A stretch of 64,000 nucleotides of DNA from contig AP026154.1 in the NCBI GenBank assembly GCA_030295235.1, positions 1-64,000 on the forward strand, given 5' to 3'. The notes under the pieces were generated by a model, which saw nothing but the letters and a program-made list of their open reading frames with translations, had not been told where the DNA came from and did no database searches. The DNA comes from Fistulifera solaris. Its lineage: Eukaryota. Of this stretch, positions 24,223-35,908 are shown one piece after another. A program made the position numbers and the translations under genes. Position 1 is the first letter of the stretch; each line of letters begins with the position of its first letter.

Positions 24223-24963
24223 CTAGGCTGCAACTGCAACTTTGTTACCGGTCGATCCCTGAAGAAGACCACCGATCTCTCTTACTGCTAGCACCAACTC
24301 ATCATACTCAACTCTAAGATCGTGCCGCACTTGCTTGAAAAGATATTCTTCTTTGTCACTACCCACGATAATAGGTAGAAGACTATGAAGAATGGCTAGC
24401 TTGACAACTTTTTCTCGCCAGAGTGATACGGCAGCGGCTTGATCGACACCTGCTCCATGAATTAAGCAAATTGCCACCTTGAAAAAGTGAATCGCCTGGT
24501 TGCACTGTTCGACTTGAGTAGCTGCTACATCTTTCACAGTAGATGCACAGAGAAAGGATACCCCCAAATTGTAAAAAAGAATTGAACTCAAAAGGCCTAA
24601 ATCAACATCCCATAGAGCATCTGAGTCCGTGATGCTTATCGGGTAGAATACGCCTGACTGCTCGCATAACAATGACAAGACGGTTTGATCATTAAAAGAG
24701 ATTCCTCGAACAGGTATTCTATTCAAGGAAGGTTGTGCTTCAGAGTAAAAAGCCCTTAATTGTGCTCTTTGAATGAAAGCGGGCAGTCCGAGATAAGATG
24801 TGATGGGAGTGGAGAGACCTTGTCGGAGGACGACTGTGCTATCAATGATGGTTTCGATCGCCGCGTTAATCCTATTGTTCTCCAAATGATCGACTCCTAT
24901 GTTACTTAAAGCGATTACACCTTTTACGCAATCGCGTTTGGCTTCCGTATGAAATTCATTCAT
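24223..24963 (-). CDS. Hypothetical protein (diatom-type family with an ILFYNLG motif)
   Basis: Long ORF (24223..25005) with likely ATG at 24963 and motifs ALSNIGV and SSILFYNLGVS. Confidence 0.65.
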   Translation of the reverse strand: MNEFHTEAKRDCVKGVIALSNIGVDHLENNRINAAIETIIDSTVVLRQGLSTPITSYLGLPAFIQRAQLRAFYSEAQPSLNRIPVRGISFNDQTVLSLLCEQSGVFYPISITDSDALWDVDLGLLSSILFYNLGVSFLCASTVKDVAATQVEQCNQAIHFFKVAICLIHGAGVDQAAAVSLWREKVVKLAILHSLLPIIVGSDKEEYLFKQVRHDLRVEYDELVLAVREIGGLLQGSTGNKVAVAA

Positions 24964-25762
24964 CGTTGCGGAGTTATTATTATTTTTGATGAGATTTTTG
25001 TGCAAACAGTGTTGCTTCGCCGGATCAAAATCCAGGCACAGAAACAGCAGATTCTGATTTCGCTTTGCCGATCTTCAGCACGTAATGGCTTTGCCAGCTA
25101 AGGGTCTTAAAGTCAAAATTCAAGGTCATTCTACTTCTTAGTTTATAACAAGCCAAAAGCAGATGTCCCTAGCTTCAACTACCGGTCGCGAAGTCGAGGA
25201 AAATAGCTTGAGGTTCTCGCATCTTTCGAATTCGATTTCACGAAATCCGCGGTGACCTGTGACGCGTTGAAATTTGAAAATTGCAAGCGAGACTTCGCGA
25301 CAGAAAGCATGACGCACGTTTACAGAAACGTTGAAACAATGCTGGAGGTTCAGCCAATCACATCACAGCGTTTCCGAGAAGGAATACGTTGGACTTCTGT
25401 CGCATGACGTACTTGGGAACACTATTCGTGAGTTCGTGAGTCGAAAACTAACGCTACCAGGTACCAACGAAAAGATTAGGGTGTTTTATACCAAGGCGGC
25501 GGTAAACAATAATCGTAGTGATTTGGGTGAAAGTGGTTCTTTTTTATCATAAAATGGGTTGAGGCTGAGGTCAATCTTGCCACTCCGCGGTCCGATGATC
25601 GATAAATATTTCAATTTGTGAGCAAATGCCGATCAACGGTTCAGCGCGCAACATGCCGCTGTCTTTAGGGTACTCTCTGCATAGTTTGAATACTACTTCC
25701 AATAATAAACTATAGAATTGCCTTGAGTTACTCTTTACTACGTTACATCGTCACACGTAATG

Positions 25763-28700
25763 TCATGCTCGAAAGTTTCGTCTGCTGTTTCGACGCACAG
25801 GATGATTCTCCTCGTCCACTTTGGCTATTTTTTCTTGGGACAATTCTACTTTTTTTGAGGTCCGGAGACGTTTGCGTGCGTTTTCTCGTAAAGCAGGCAA
25901 GCTTACATCGGTCGACTGAGTCTCCGCGGTCATGTTCTCTTCTACATTGCCATCCTTCCGACGTTCAAGCACCTCTTCAACGACGAATGAAGTTTGGGAC
26001 GGCGACACTTCATTTGTAGAAGGGGTCGACTCTTGTGTTGATTGTATTGTGACACCGCGAAGGTTGGAGGGTGGTGTAGCACCCATGGTCTTTTCGCTTG
26101 CTGGGGATATAGATGTACCAAGGCGCGGAGACCTTCGTGACGCCACCGTCAAAGACGAAGCACTCTTTCCACCGGACGCAAAAGTGTTTTGTTTCTTACC
26201 TGAACTAGCTAAAGGCGATGGTGACTTCGAATGCGCAATGGGTGATAGAGCAAAACCTTCGCTCGGTGTTTCGGATTGAACCGTAGACAACGGTGCACGT
26301 CGTCCGGATGTAGGTCTGACATCCGGAGAAAAATGCACAGAGCGGCGACTTCCAACAGTTCTTCCACCTGGAGTAGTTTGAGGCGAAAACTCCGGTGGCG
26401 GAGGGCGAGACACAATTGTAGTGGGAGACCGTCGAGTGAATAGCTTGCTGGGGATTTGAACCGTGCCAGGATACGTCGCGAGATGAACGTCCTTTTGACG
26501 AAAGTAAGCAGAATTTCCCTTGCCTCGGAGCACACATTCTTCAACTTCGCTCGAAGAAGCTGCGACTTTTTCTCAGTTTGTTGGCCAACCGGAGAAACAT
26601 CATTCGGAATAAATTGCTTTCCGAGCACATTCATCATCTGCAACAAGAAAGAGATATTATCGGCCGAGTCGCCTAAGCTGAGGATGAGCGGCTCGAACAA
26701 GCTTTTGAGCCGTTTGATCAAAACGCGACGCGCACCATCATCGGACTGCCCTCGCGATGTCTCGGAGCGATGAACTAAGATGTGAATGGCGTAGGGAACA
26801 ATGTACTCTGGCATGAGCATCATTTTGTAGAAGTTCTCATACTTGCGCTCTGCTGCATCACCAGCCGCTTGGCACTGAAGGTAAGTCGCTTCGCAAGTTT
26901 TTCTAAGCTGCGCAATACATTGGGTGGCTGCGTGTTTGATAGTTGCGATAGCCTTGCTACCCACGTTTGCTGCGTTGCCATTGCCCGATCCGCGGTCGAA
27001 GTGGTCATCTACACAAAGAACCAGCAACGCTACAAAACGCAAAGGGGGTGCGCTTTTCCCATACACCCCCTCGCCACGCAAAAAGGCTGCTAGTTCCATG
27101 ATCACAGCAGCACGAACGGACATTTCTTCGTCCAGAAAGACTTGACTCAAGACATGCCACTGAGCCGGTGTCAAGTTCCGCTCTACACCCACTCTTCCTT
27201 CGCACAAACGCAACACCTGGATTCCAGCACATTTCCGTAGAGCGGCACGGTCCTGTCGGCTTCGACACTCCGCCTGATCGCGAGAAGACCAAGGACAACC
27301 ATTGTCCCGAAGAAGCTGCAACAGTAGCTCAACTACTTTCTGAGCTTGCTGTGCCCGATTCGATCGAACACACGCTGTCAAGAACTCCATTGCCGCAACG
27401 AGACGCCGACAACTCTCGGAAACACTTTCATCCTCGAGTGTGTGTTTGGAGCTATCAGGCGTAGAATGCTGACCTCTTTTCCTCGACACCGGACGGTCTT
27501 CGTTCTCAGAATCTTCCTCGTCGTCGTCACGCTCCCCCCATGATGATGGCCGAATTCGATGATTCATCGTCTCCGATGATGACGCTGTTGAGAACAAATT
27601 CAAATGCTTTGCTCGATCGAGTTGGATCTAGCGACGGAATTTTCTCTTCCAGTACGGATAGTGCTGCCAAGGCACACGTAAGTTTCGCTGACGTACTGCC
27701 GAGTCGCCCAGTGAGCGTGCGCAACAATTTCGAAAAGATTTCGGGTCTCTCCTCGTGAAATAAACTAATCAGGGTGGATGTAGCGTGTCGTGCTTGCAGT
27801 GGGCTGTTGCTGCTAGTACAGACTTTGGAAAGCTGCCATTCGATTGCATCCGCGTCGTTCAAGGTAATCTGAAGTATAGTAAGTTAGCGTCAGTATAGGA
27901 ATCACATCGCAAAGAGATGCTCCTGTTTTATCGTTGAATCTCTTACCTTTCCAGATTCCGCCATTCGTGCGATTGTTTCACTCAACAACGTTGCCATAGC
28001 GTTGGCCGGATGGTTCTTCTCGGATTTCGCGCGGCACTCGTGGTAAATATCACACAATGTCTCAAATTTCTTGCCACCCAGCGAAGGGAAAACTCCAACG
28101 ATATGGTGAATGCATTCGAGAACTTTGGAACACGTGACGAGGTGCTCCTCTTCCCACATTTCTTGCGCCAAGACAACACAGTCCTCCAAAATCGTCTCAT
28201 TGACACTGTTGCCCATAGCTACTCTTCGAACCACTTGCTTCATCCAATCAGCGACATCATCTCCCAATGAGGCTTTGGTCCGGGCCACTAAATCTTCCAT
28301 CGCTCGCTTACGTGCTGAGCAAGCATGATTGGGATCGCAAATACCTGCCAAAATACGAAACATGTGTTGGTCCTTGGCCTTGTGCAGCTTCTCGAGGAAC
28401 TGTTCTGATTTTGGAGTCGGAAGTAAAGCTGCGGTTCCTTGCAAAGCTTGATAGGCAACGGCATCGGCTCCTTCATCACGTTTCGCTTGTGATCGCAATT
28501 GCAAGTACTTGGACAGCAACCGTTGGACTTCGAATCGACCCTTCAGTAACGACAGCCAGCTTTGCAAAGCACTGTCGTCCAAGTGCTGCATCATCCAAAC
28601 CAACGCAATGGCAGGCCGACTTTGTTTTCCGACCAATACATCGTCCATAATCTGATACAGACGACTCCGCAACGCCGAATCCAGCTTATCCGAAAAGTGA

Positions 28701-30253
28701 CAAGCCTCCAGCAACTTTCGTGGAATCCAATCGTACGATCCTTCTTCGTCATCTTCGTCGTCTTCTGGATCGCGACTCGACAGCTTTCGTTTGCGACCGG
28801 GCAAAATTTCGAGTCCACTTTGTAGATTTTCTTGCAAGGCGCCATGTTTGGCGTAGATCTGCGCCAACCCAGTCAAGGCATCTTTTCGTTCCGCGGCATC
28901 TTTCGAAGGAATCCGACTGGCCACGGCTTGCAGCAATTTCGACGAAACCGTTCCAGCTTGATTGTACTCGGCATCGCACAACTCATGGACGGCCAGCAAA
29001 CGCACACTCTTGGCCGGATCACTCATGACGACTTCCTGTAGCACATGCTCGATTTCCTTGTGATCGTCGTGTGCTACGGCGGTTTTGGACACCGACAGCG
29101 ACCGCAACAGCGGCACACACGCCCGGATGACAATCTCCCGAATCGGTGCATGTATGTCTTTGGCACGCGGCAACCACAATGAGAGAAAACTCTGTCGCTG
29201 TTGGGTATGCAACAACAACAATTTGCCCCACCAGTACGTGACGGCCTGTCGTTGCGGTGTATCATCACTCGACAAGCCTTGTGCTAATGTTCCGAGCACT
29301 GTCGTGAGATACTGCGGCACGACTGCATAGAGATGATAGATGATTTTGTAGAGATGCACCGTCTCGGACTCGGAATCTTTGGAAATCGAGGACTGTTCTA
29401 AAGCCAAGGTATCGTTGGTGAGCAATCCGTTGATGAGCTGTGACACTGGCATTTGCAAATGCACTTGCGCTTGTAGGAGTGCTGCCGCAATGCGATGCGT
29501 CGGATTGGGTACGGCGACAGCTTGCGGCAATTTGGTTTCCGGATGCAATTCGGTGATTTGTGTGGTGGGTCCTTGCCCGACCGCGATTAGGAGTTCATCC
29601 AATAACACAACAGGAACGGGCAAACTGGCTTGATGATATTCATCCAGACAGACCCCGATGGCTTCTTGTGCGAGATCCATGACAGCCGAAGAATGTTTGT
29701 GACGAATCGAATGCAACAAAGTGTGAAGAAACTCGACTAACACTTCGAGTGCCGCCGGTCGTTCCATGGCTTCATCCGTCAACACCGCTCCTACTTTGAC
29801 GACGGCTAATTGCGACAGCATATGCAAGTAGATCGTATAATTGGGTTGTTCGGCATTCAATGTATGCGAAAGATTCCCCAGTTGTCGCAACAATTGTCGA
29901 AAGAACTCTAATAGAACTTCGTCATCCCAGGGAACATTGGGTGCATACAAACAGAGAATCTCCAGTGAACAAGCTGTGGCTAATAAACGGACTTGTTTGT
30001 CATTGTGCTGAAACAATTGAGGCAATCGTTCGGCAACAGCAGCAAGTCCGGGCCACTGGCGACTGTCGCATTCGATTGTTTCGTCGGTTTGTAAAACATG
30101 CAACAATTTCTGCAAATGGCGTTTCAAATCAGTCGATAAGAAAGAAACTTGAACAATTGTACGAGAGTTCTCTGATAAGAGATTCTTGTGTGACGGTTCC
30201 TCTTCCTCTGGATTGTCTTTACCACGTGAACTCGAACGGGACGAACGAGGCAT
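25763..30253 (-). CDS. PDS5: Sister chromatid cohesion protein PDS5; intron 27869-27946 and apparent 1-nt breaks at 27534-27539 and 26493-26496
   Basis: N-terminal HNDKQVRLLATACSLEILCLYAPNVPW, HEAT-like body, LMPEYIVPYAIHIL, then YPGTVQIPSKLF and a Ser/Pro-rich tail. The GT-AG intron has a CTAAC branch point and joins ORFs 27902..30379 and 27527..27862 in frame. Confidence 0.88.
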
Positions 30254-30954
30254 GATTTGACTGCAAAGGAAAAGAATGGCTTTGTGCGATTGTGATTGCT
30301 CTAAATGCGCCGCTTCACAGTACGTTGAGAGAAGGAGTCTCAAAAGAAAAGGAAATTGTTGTAAAGGAATGAATGTCAAGAGAGAAAAGGCACTTTTAGC
30401 TAGAAGATTGCGAATGACACGAAACGATTTGCTAGTTTACAAGTACGGTACTTGTAGTCCGTCAACGAATACAGCATGATTTATACACACAGCACTGCAG
30501 CTCCGAGAAAGGTTGGCGCCCTTTTGCAGAGCTCGCAAAGCCACATTTGTACATATAGTTCTATACTGCATCATTTACTTAAACAACAAAATGAGCGCGC
30601 AAGTTGTTGACTTTAGAGCGGAATGCGTTTTGAAATCTTCGTTGAAGCGCGCCAGCAAACACCTCGTCCGCCTTTTTCTTCGGGAGTGCGAAACGAACGC
30701 AGTCACGAGATTTCATGAGTCATGAGTTACCGGCGTACGTCATTCGACCGTTCTTCACTGACACAAACGTACTTCAAGGCACGCGAGCGCTGGCTTCCCT
30801 TCATTTTCTTTTGACAAAGTGAGTGAGTGAGAGTGTGTCTTTCTATTCCATTCAAGCAGTCTATCAAGAGCTATCATCTGTAACCGAAAATATACCCCTC
30901 TTTCACTTGTTACAGGCTTACCATCGGCAAAAACAGCAACAGCAAAACAGAATC

Positions 30955-31584
30955 ATGATTTCGCGACATCCATTTTCGACAGTTGTTCTAATGGGCCTAT
31001 CGTTCGTCTGGACGCCTTTTCTTCACGCGTGTCACGCCTTTTCCGTCACCACAACGCTCGCATCGTCGTCAACACCATCAACGATATCTACGAGTACAAC
31101 CGCACTTTTTGATACTTACGTAAGATGCGGTAAATGTCAAAGCGTCTTTGAAATGACCGAAAATGATTTTGGATCACGCAATGGTCGTCGTCTCGAGTGT
31201 AGTGTCTGTACGCATTCGTGGTTTCAATCCAAAGATAAACTATTGAAACTCAATGAAGGATTCGAAATGGTGCCTCTTCCCGAACGAGATATGGAACGCA
31301 TTCAAAACAATATGCAGAAGGGATTGTCGCCCAAGTTCATGGGAGACTTCAAATTGTACATCGGAAACATTGCCTTTGAATGTCATGAGGATGATTTGTA
31401 CGAAGTCTTTGGTCGTGTGGGTGAAGTAGGGGAAGTCAGTCTAGTGCGTGATGATGAAGGACGGAATAGAGGATTTGGTTTTATCACGATGCGGACGAAA
31501 GAAGATGGGGAAAAGGCCATCGAGGAACTCAATGGAGCGCCTGTGCGAGGGAGAAACATTGCTGTACGCGAGTCTAATAATTAA
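30955..31584 (+). CDS. Putative plastid-targeted zinc-ribbon + RRM RNA-binding protein
   Basis: Signal peptide ending CHA-FS and a Ser/Thr-rich transit peptide. Zinc ribbon VRCGKCQSVF...LECSVCTHSWFQ, then RRM with RNP2 LYIGNI and RNP1 RGFGFITM. Confidence 0.85.
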   Translation: MISRHPFSTVVLMGLSFVWTPFLHACHAFSVTTTLASSSTPSTISTSTTALFDTYVRCGKCQSVFEMTENDFGSRNGRRLECSVCTHSWFQSKDKLLKLNEGFEMVPLPERDMERIQNNMQKGLSPKFMGDFKLYIGNIAFECHEDDLYEVFGRVGEVGEVSLVRDDEGRNRGFGFITMRTKEDGEKAIEELNGAPVRGRNIAVRESNN

Positions 31585-32252
31585 AACTTAGTTAATGAAC
31601 GGAATGATTGTTTGATTGCTTTGATTGTTTACATGTCGGTTCTCGGAATTCATGACTGGAATATCAGTCATGAGGCATGAGACAAAGTGAATTTGCAGGC
31701 GAATCATCATCCACGTTGTCGTCCTTACAATTTGTTTGTACTTGAACGTGTTCTTTCATTTATCCATAAACCGTAGCATTTGCAACGCACAGATAGAATT
31801 GGCTTGTTGTTTGTTGACAATTGTCCCAAATCCTTTGACCACTATTATTTATTTACTGTAGCCTCAAGTGTGGGTTGTACGAGTTCACGACTGGACGTCA
31901 GTCCTCAGTCCATCGATGCTTCGCTCATTCTGCAAAGTTGATGACTTCTGTTTGTCTTTCGACCAATGAAATAGCCTACATCTGATTTTTCCACTTGTTT
32001 CCGCCATCACATAGGTGTCAGCAACAGTGTTGCAGTTTTCCCAGTAATTCATAAAGAACCCGGAAGTGTGCGTTCGCCGTCGGTGAATGAACAGATTTTT
32101 GTTGCAGAGATGATTATTTATTTCAACGCACTTTGAAGTTAGTTGTTGCGACTACATTCAGTTTTTTTTTGTGTTACCGTATTGTCTTCATAATCAAATA
32201 TTTTTGGTGCATTCAGCTCGCTTCTCGTCTTGAAAAGACCGATCACTACAGA

Positions 32253-33935
32253 ATGCCGAGAAAGCTGGTGTGCGTATGCCTTCTCGGTTGCGTATTCTCT
32301 GTGAATAGCATTCTTCCTTTTGTACATCCGCAATCTTCTTCTTCATCCTCGTCTACTTCTTTCTCACGAGGAAACAATAGCCGAATCCAGCAACAGCATC
32401 CGAATCGACGATATTTCTATAACGATAAGCATGTCAAATTTTTCTTACAAGCTTCGAATGACAAACAGCAACAATCTAATGTACAACATCGCTTACTTTG
32501 GGGGTGGCTGTGTCATCCTGCGAGTACGAGGCTGTTACTTTCTCCGAATGAGACAACAACCGCAGCACCAAGTTCTGTAACACAAAATCCGTCGGTTCAT
32601 ATGCAGTTGAATACACCATCGCAGCAGCAACAAGCTACAGCTAGCGAAACGACAACGCCTTCTTCGACCAGTATCTCGGCAACAAATCAGAATGATAATA
32701 CTTTACCGCATCAACCAGTCAACAAAACGATTCAGGTCTTGAAATATATTCATAGTAACGGAACCGCTTATCAAGCACTCAATACACCTCCGGATAAGTT
32801 CCATGCTTTTTTGAAATATCTTGGAATTCATGTCCCAACATCCGCAAACGACAAACATCAAAAAGAACATCCGTTTCAGCACTATCAAGTTAACGGAACG
32901 CAAGAGCTACGTGATGAATGGCGCGCGCTTTGGAAGCAAGAACGATTACTGACGGATCGTACGGAATTATTAGCTGTTTATCCGAGTGATCAGAAACGCA
33001 ACACACTGAATCATGACAATAAGAGTAGCGACAGAATTACCGACAAGTCAATTCCGAAACGCGGAGGCTTTTCGGATCATCTCTATCTGTATACCGAGCG
33101 CCTACTGGCTATGTTACGGGATGAACATACGTTGCACAAGCAAGCATACCATTCGAACGAAGAGAGTTGGTTACTCACATGGCTCCAACAGCATTACGAA
33201 AGAACGCAACAGTTACGGCAATTGTCGACTATGAGCAACACAACGGAACAGCTAGCCGAATTGAAGCGCTTCTTAGAATGGTTCCGAATACAGTTCCCGT
33301 ATTACTATGATCGATGTGCTTCGTGCGGAGCATCGTACAAGGAGGATAGTGCGACTCAAGATTCGGATCCACTTCAGGCATCTTTCCTTGGATATATTCA
33401 TCCCAGTTCAAATGAACTTTCAGGAAAGGCTAGTCGCACCGAATTGTATCATTGTCACGTCTGTCGGCAATATACTCGATTTCCTCGCTACAACTCGGCT
33501 CGGCACGTGGTGGAGGCCCGCCAAGGACGATGCGGCGAGTACTCAGTGTTGTTATTTGCCATTCTACGAGCGCTCGGCCAAGAAGCGCGATGGGTGGTGG
33601 ACTGGGCGGATCATGTCTGGGCAGAAATACGACTACAGGGTCGGTGGATTCATTTGGATCCCTGCGAAGCTGCAGTGGATGAGAATGCTATTTACCAAGG
33701 ATGGGGAAAGCAACAAACGTATATACTAGCCTTTTATGCGCCTCCGCGCGGGTCTGTTGCATCTGATTACCCGCTTATTCAGGACATCACGAACGAATAT
33801 ACGACAGATGCTTGGTCAATTATTCAGAAGCGTAGGGACGAATCGGAAGCGATGGTTCGTCAAGCTATTAAAGAAGCAACGGAAAAGTTGAAAGAACAGT
33901 TGGCAAGTCAATCCTACCTTATTGAACACGTGTGA
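32253..33935 (+). CDS. PNG1: Peptide:N-glycanase (PNGase, transglutaminase-like) with an N-terminal targeting extension
   Basis: Zn pairs CASC and CHVC, FPRYN, catalytic GRCGEY, DWADHVWAE, WIHLDPCEA and GWGK. Confidence 0.9.
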   Translation: MPRKLVCVCLLGCVFSVNSILPFVHPQSSSSSSSTSFSRGNNSRIQQQHPNRRYFYNDKHVKFFLQASNDKQQQSNVQHRLLWGWLCHPASTRLLLSPNETTTAAPSSVTQNPSVHMQLNTPSQQQQATASETTTPSSTSISATNQNDNTLPHQPVNKTIQVLKYIHSNGTAYQALNTPPDKFHAFLKYLGIHVPTSANDKHQKEHPFQHYQVNGTQELRDEWRALWKQERLLTDRTELLAVYPSDQKRNTLNHDNKSSDRITDKSIPKRGGFSDHLYLYTERLLAMLRDEHTLHKQAYHSNEESWLLTWLQQHYERTQQLRQLSTMSNTTEQLAELKRFLEWFRIQFPYYYDRCASCGASYKEDSATQDSDPLQASFLGYIHPSSNELSGKASRTELYHCHVCRQYTRFPRYNSARHVVEARQGRCGEYSVLLFAILRALGQEARWVVDWADHVWAEIRLQGRWIHLDPCEAAVDENAIYQGWGKQQTYILAFYAPPRGSVASDYPLIQDITNEYTTDAWSIIQKRRDESEAMVRQAIKEATEKLKEQLASQSYLIEHV

Positions 33936-34585
33936 GGAGGCTCCAAAGTTTCAAAGAATATGATGTTAGCCATGGCAACCGTATGGTCACTGGATGTTGG
34001 CTAGGTCTTCTGCTCAGTCTTAGACGAATTTGAAGGAAAACGTTGGCTACCGCGCCTCTTCGTATCGTCCAAGTTTGCGTAACATCGCAAGCAGTCCCCG
34101 GCTTATTTGCGTATTAATGGTTTGTTTGCTTATTAATGCAGGCAGAATAGTTCAATCAAAGGCAATTGTGGTTCTCGTTGAAGGTTCTGGGAGGTGAAAC
34201 ACTATTTCCTCTAAGATGCATGATGTCGTAAAGGTTGTAAGGAAAACGAAAGATTTTGCTTCGCACTGGCGAGCACATCATCTAAGGCCGAATCGAATCT
34301 CACAATTTTTTTACTTCACGGGTTTGTGTCGACCTTAGTTCACGCAAGTTAGAGTATTTAGTCAGGTCACACCTTAACTAAGGTGGTTGAAGACCATAGA
34401 TGACACATACCTTGGTAGTAGGGTATCTCGCCCCTAGCGCTAAACGCATTAAAGCTCATTATTTCCACCTCCCTAGACAGTAAGATTACGAATAGAAAAC
34501 GATTTCTTTATGGAGGGCCAGGAATGTTGATCGAAGAGTTAGGAAGGCCATAATAATAATAGCAGAACATTACAACATTTGACCC

Positions 34586-35077
34586 TTGGATTCATCGAAG
34601 ACGGAATTGCCATCGTCATCGCATCATAGTCAAGGCCCCCGCCGAAATCCTCTCCAATTTCCACCTTGTCGTGCTTCCAGTGGCGATCTAAAACGAATCA
34701 AGTCGGAACAATTGTTAAGCCCCAGCGACCATTTGGTTTCTTCTTCTTCTACGGGACACTCTCAGCACCGTCGGCCATCGGATAAAGCAGTCACACGGAC
34801 AAAGTCGGGGCAAAGATCGACCACCGCCGATATTTCTTCTTCATCGTCAGGAATGTCTCAGCAACGCCGACCGTTGGAGCGAGACGTCCGAAGGTCCAAG
34901 TCGCATGAGGTTTTTCGCCACACTGATCTTTTTCCATCTTTGTCATCTTCGGGACAGTCTCGGCAACGTCGGCCTTTCAATAAAGATCTCAAACGATTCT
35001 GGTCCGGAAATGCACCGAGCCACTTAGAGAAACTAACTTCGTCGTCAGGGCATTCTCAGGAAATGTCGACACTTTGA
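34586..35077 (+). CDS. Hypothetical Ser/Arg-rich repeat protein; start uncertain and possibly disrupted
   Basis: A recurring unit SSSG(H/M/Q)S(Q/R)xRRPxxxxVxRxKS occurs 3-4 times. There is no ATG at the ORF start. Confidence 0.35.
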   Translation: MDSSKTELPSSSHHSQGPRRNPLQFPPCRASSGDLKRIKSEQLLSPSDHLVSSSSTGHSQHRRPSDKAVTRTKSGQRSTTADISSSSSGMSQQRRPLERDVRRSKSHEVFRHTDLFPSLSSSGQSRQRRPFNKDLKRFWSGNAPSHLEKLTSSSGHSQEMSTL

Positions 35078-35128
35078 TCGAGACGTCAGTAGGAATTACT
35101 CGGGGCAATCTCTGAACCTGTCAACCTC

Positions 35129-35163
35129 TTTTCTTCTTCTTCTTCTTCTTCTTCTTCTTCTTC
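35129..35163. repeat. (TCT)n microsatellite
   Basis: About 11 consecutive TTC/TCT units. Confidence 0.9.
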
Positions 35164-35908
35164 GTCGGGACATTTTCTGGCCAAGTTGCAGAAAGACAAG
35201 GAAAAACCACGGTGCAAACGATGGACGAGCCTTGATATCATCGATACAATAAGATCGCAATGAGTAACACGCATTAACTTCCATTTGTTGCGATTTAATC
35301 ATTTGATAGAGCAGGAGAAATACAGTTAAAAGAGAAGAAGATAGCAATGAATGAAACATGCGGCAAAAGGAGCTCTAGAAGGAGCCACTGTCGTGCGAAG
35401 CACATCGATTTCAAATCCGATATGTGACGTCTTTATTTGCTGTAAAAGCACTCTTTAAGACGCAATTTTCTCGACCTTCATCCGCAGCGGAGCAAACGAA
35501 ATGGACGCGAATCAGGGATCAGGGCTGATTTTGATGCCATTATTTTGTAATTTTTTGTGTTCATTGCGATGAATTTCTTTTTATTTACTCCGTTTCCTCC
35601 GACTTTACAGCGGGTTCAGCAGTCCCTGAATAAGCCTTATCCTTAGCGTATTACAGGTTATTCAGCGAGGCTGGTACGTAGTACGTACTCCTATTATTTT
35701 TTGCTCTCAAGTCAAAGACAACGCTACGACAAAACACCAGATTACAATTAACCAAAATTCAGCACGATAAATTTGACGCAACAGGCAACAGGCAACGACC
35801 GCTTTTGCGAGGCGAAAAACAAAAACAGCAATGCGAGACCCCATGACAGTAAAGACCGAACGCATTATCATCGTTACAAAGTAATTCAAGCGACAACTAA
35901 CTACCAAA

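Noticed and set aside
26461..27545. Programmed ribosomal frameshifting in PDS5
   Set aside because: There is no consistent slippery heptamer or shift direction, and the same homopolymer pattern recurs in unrelated genes.
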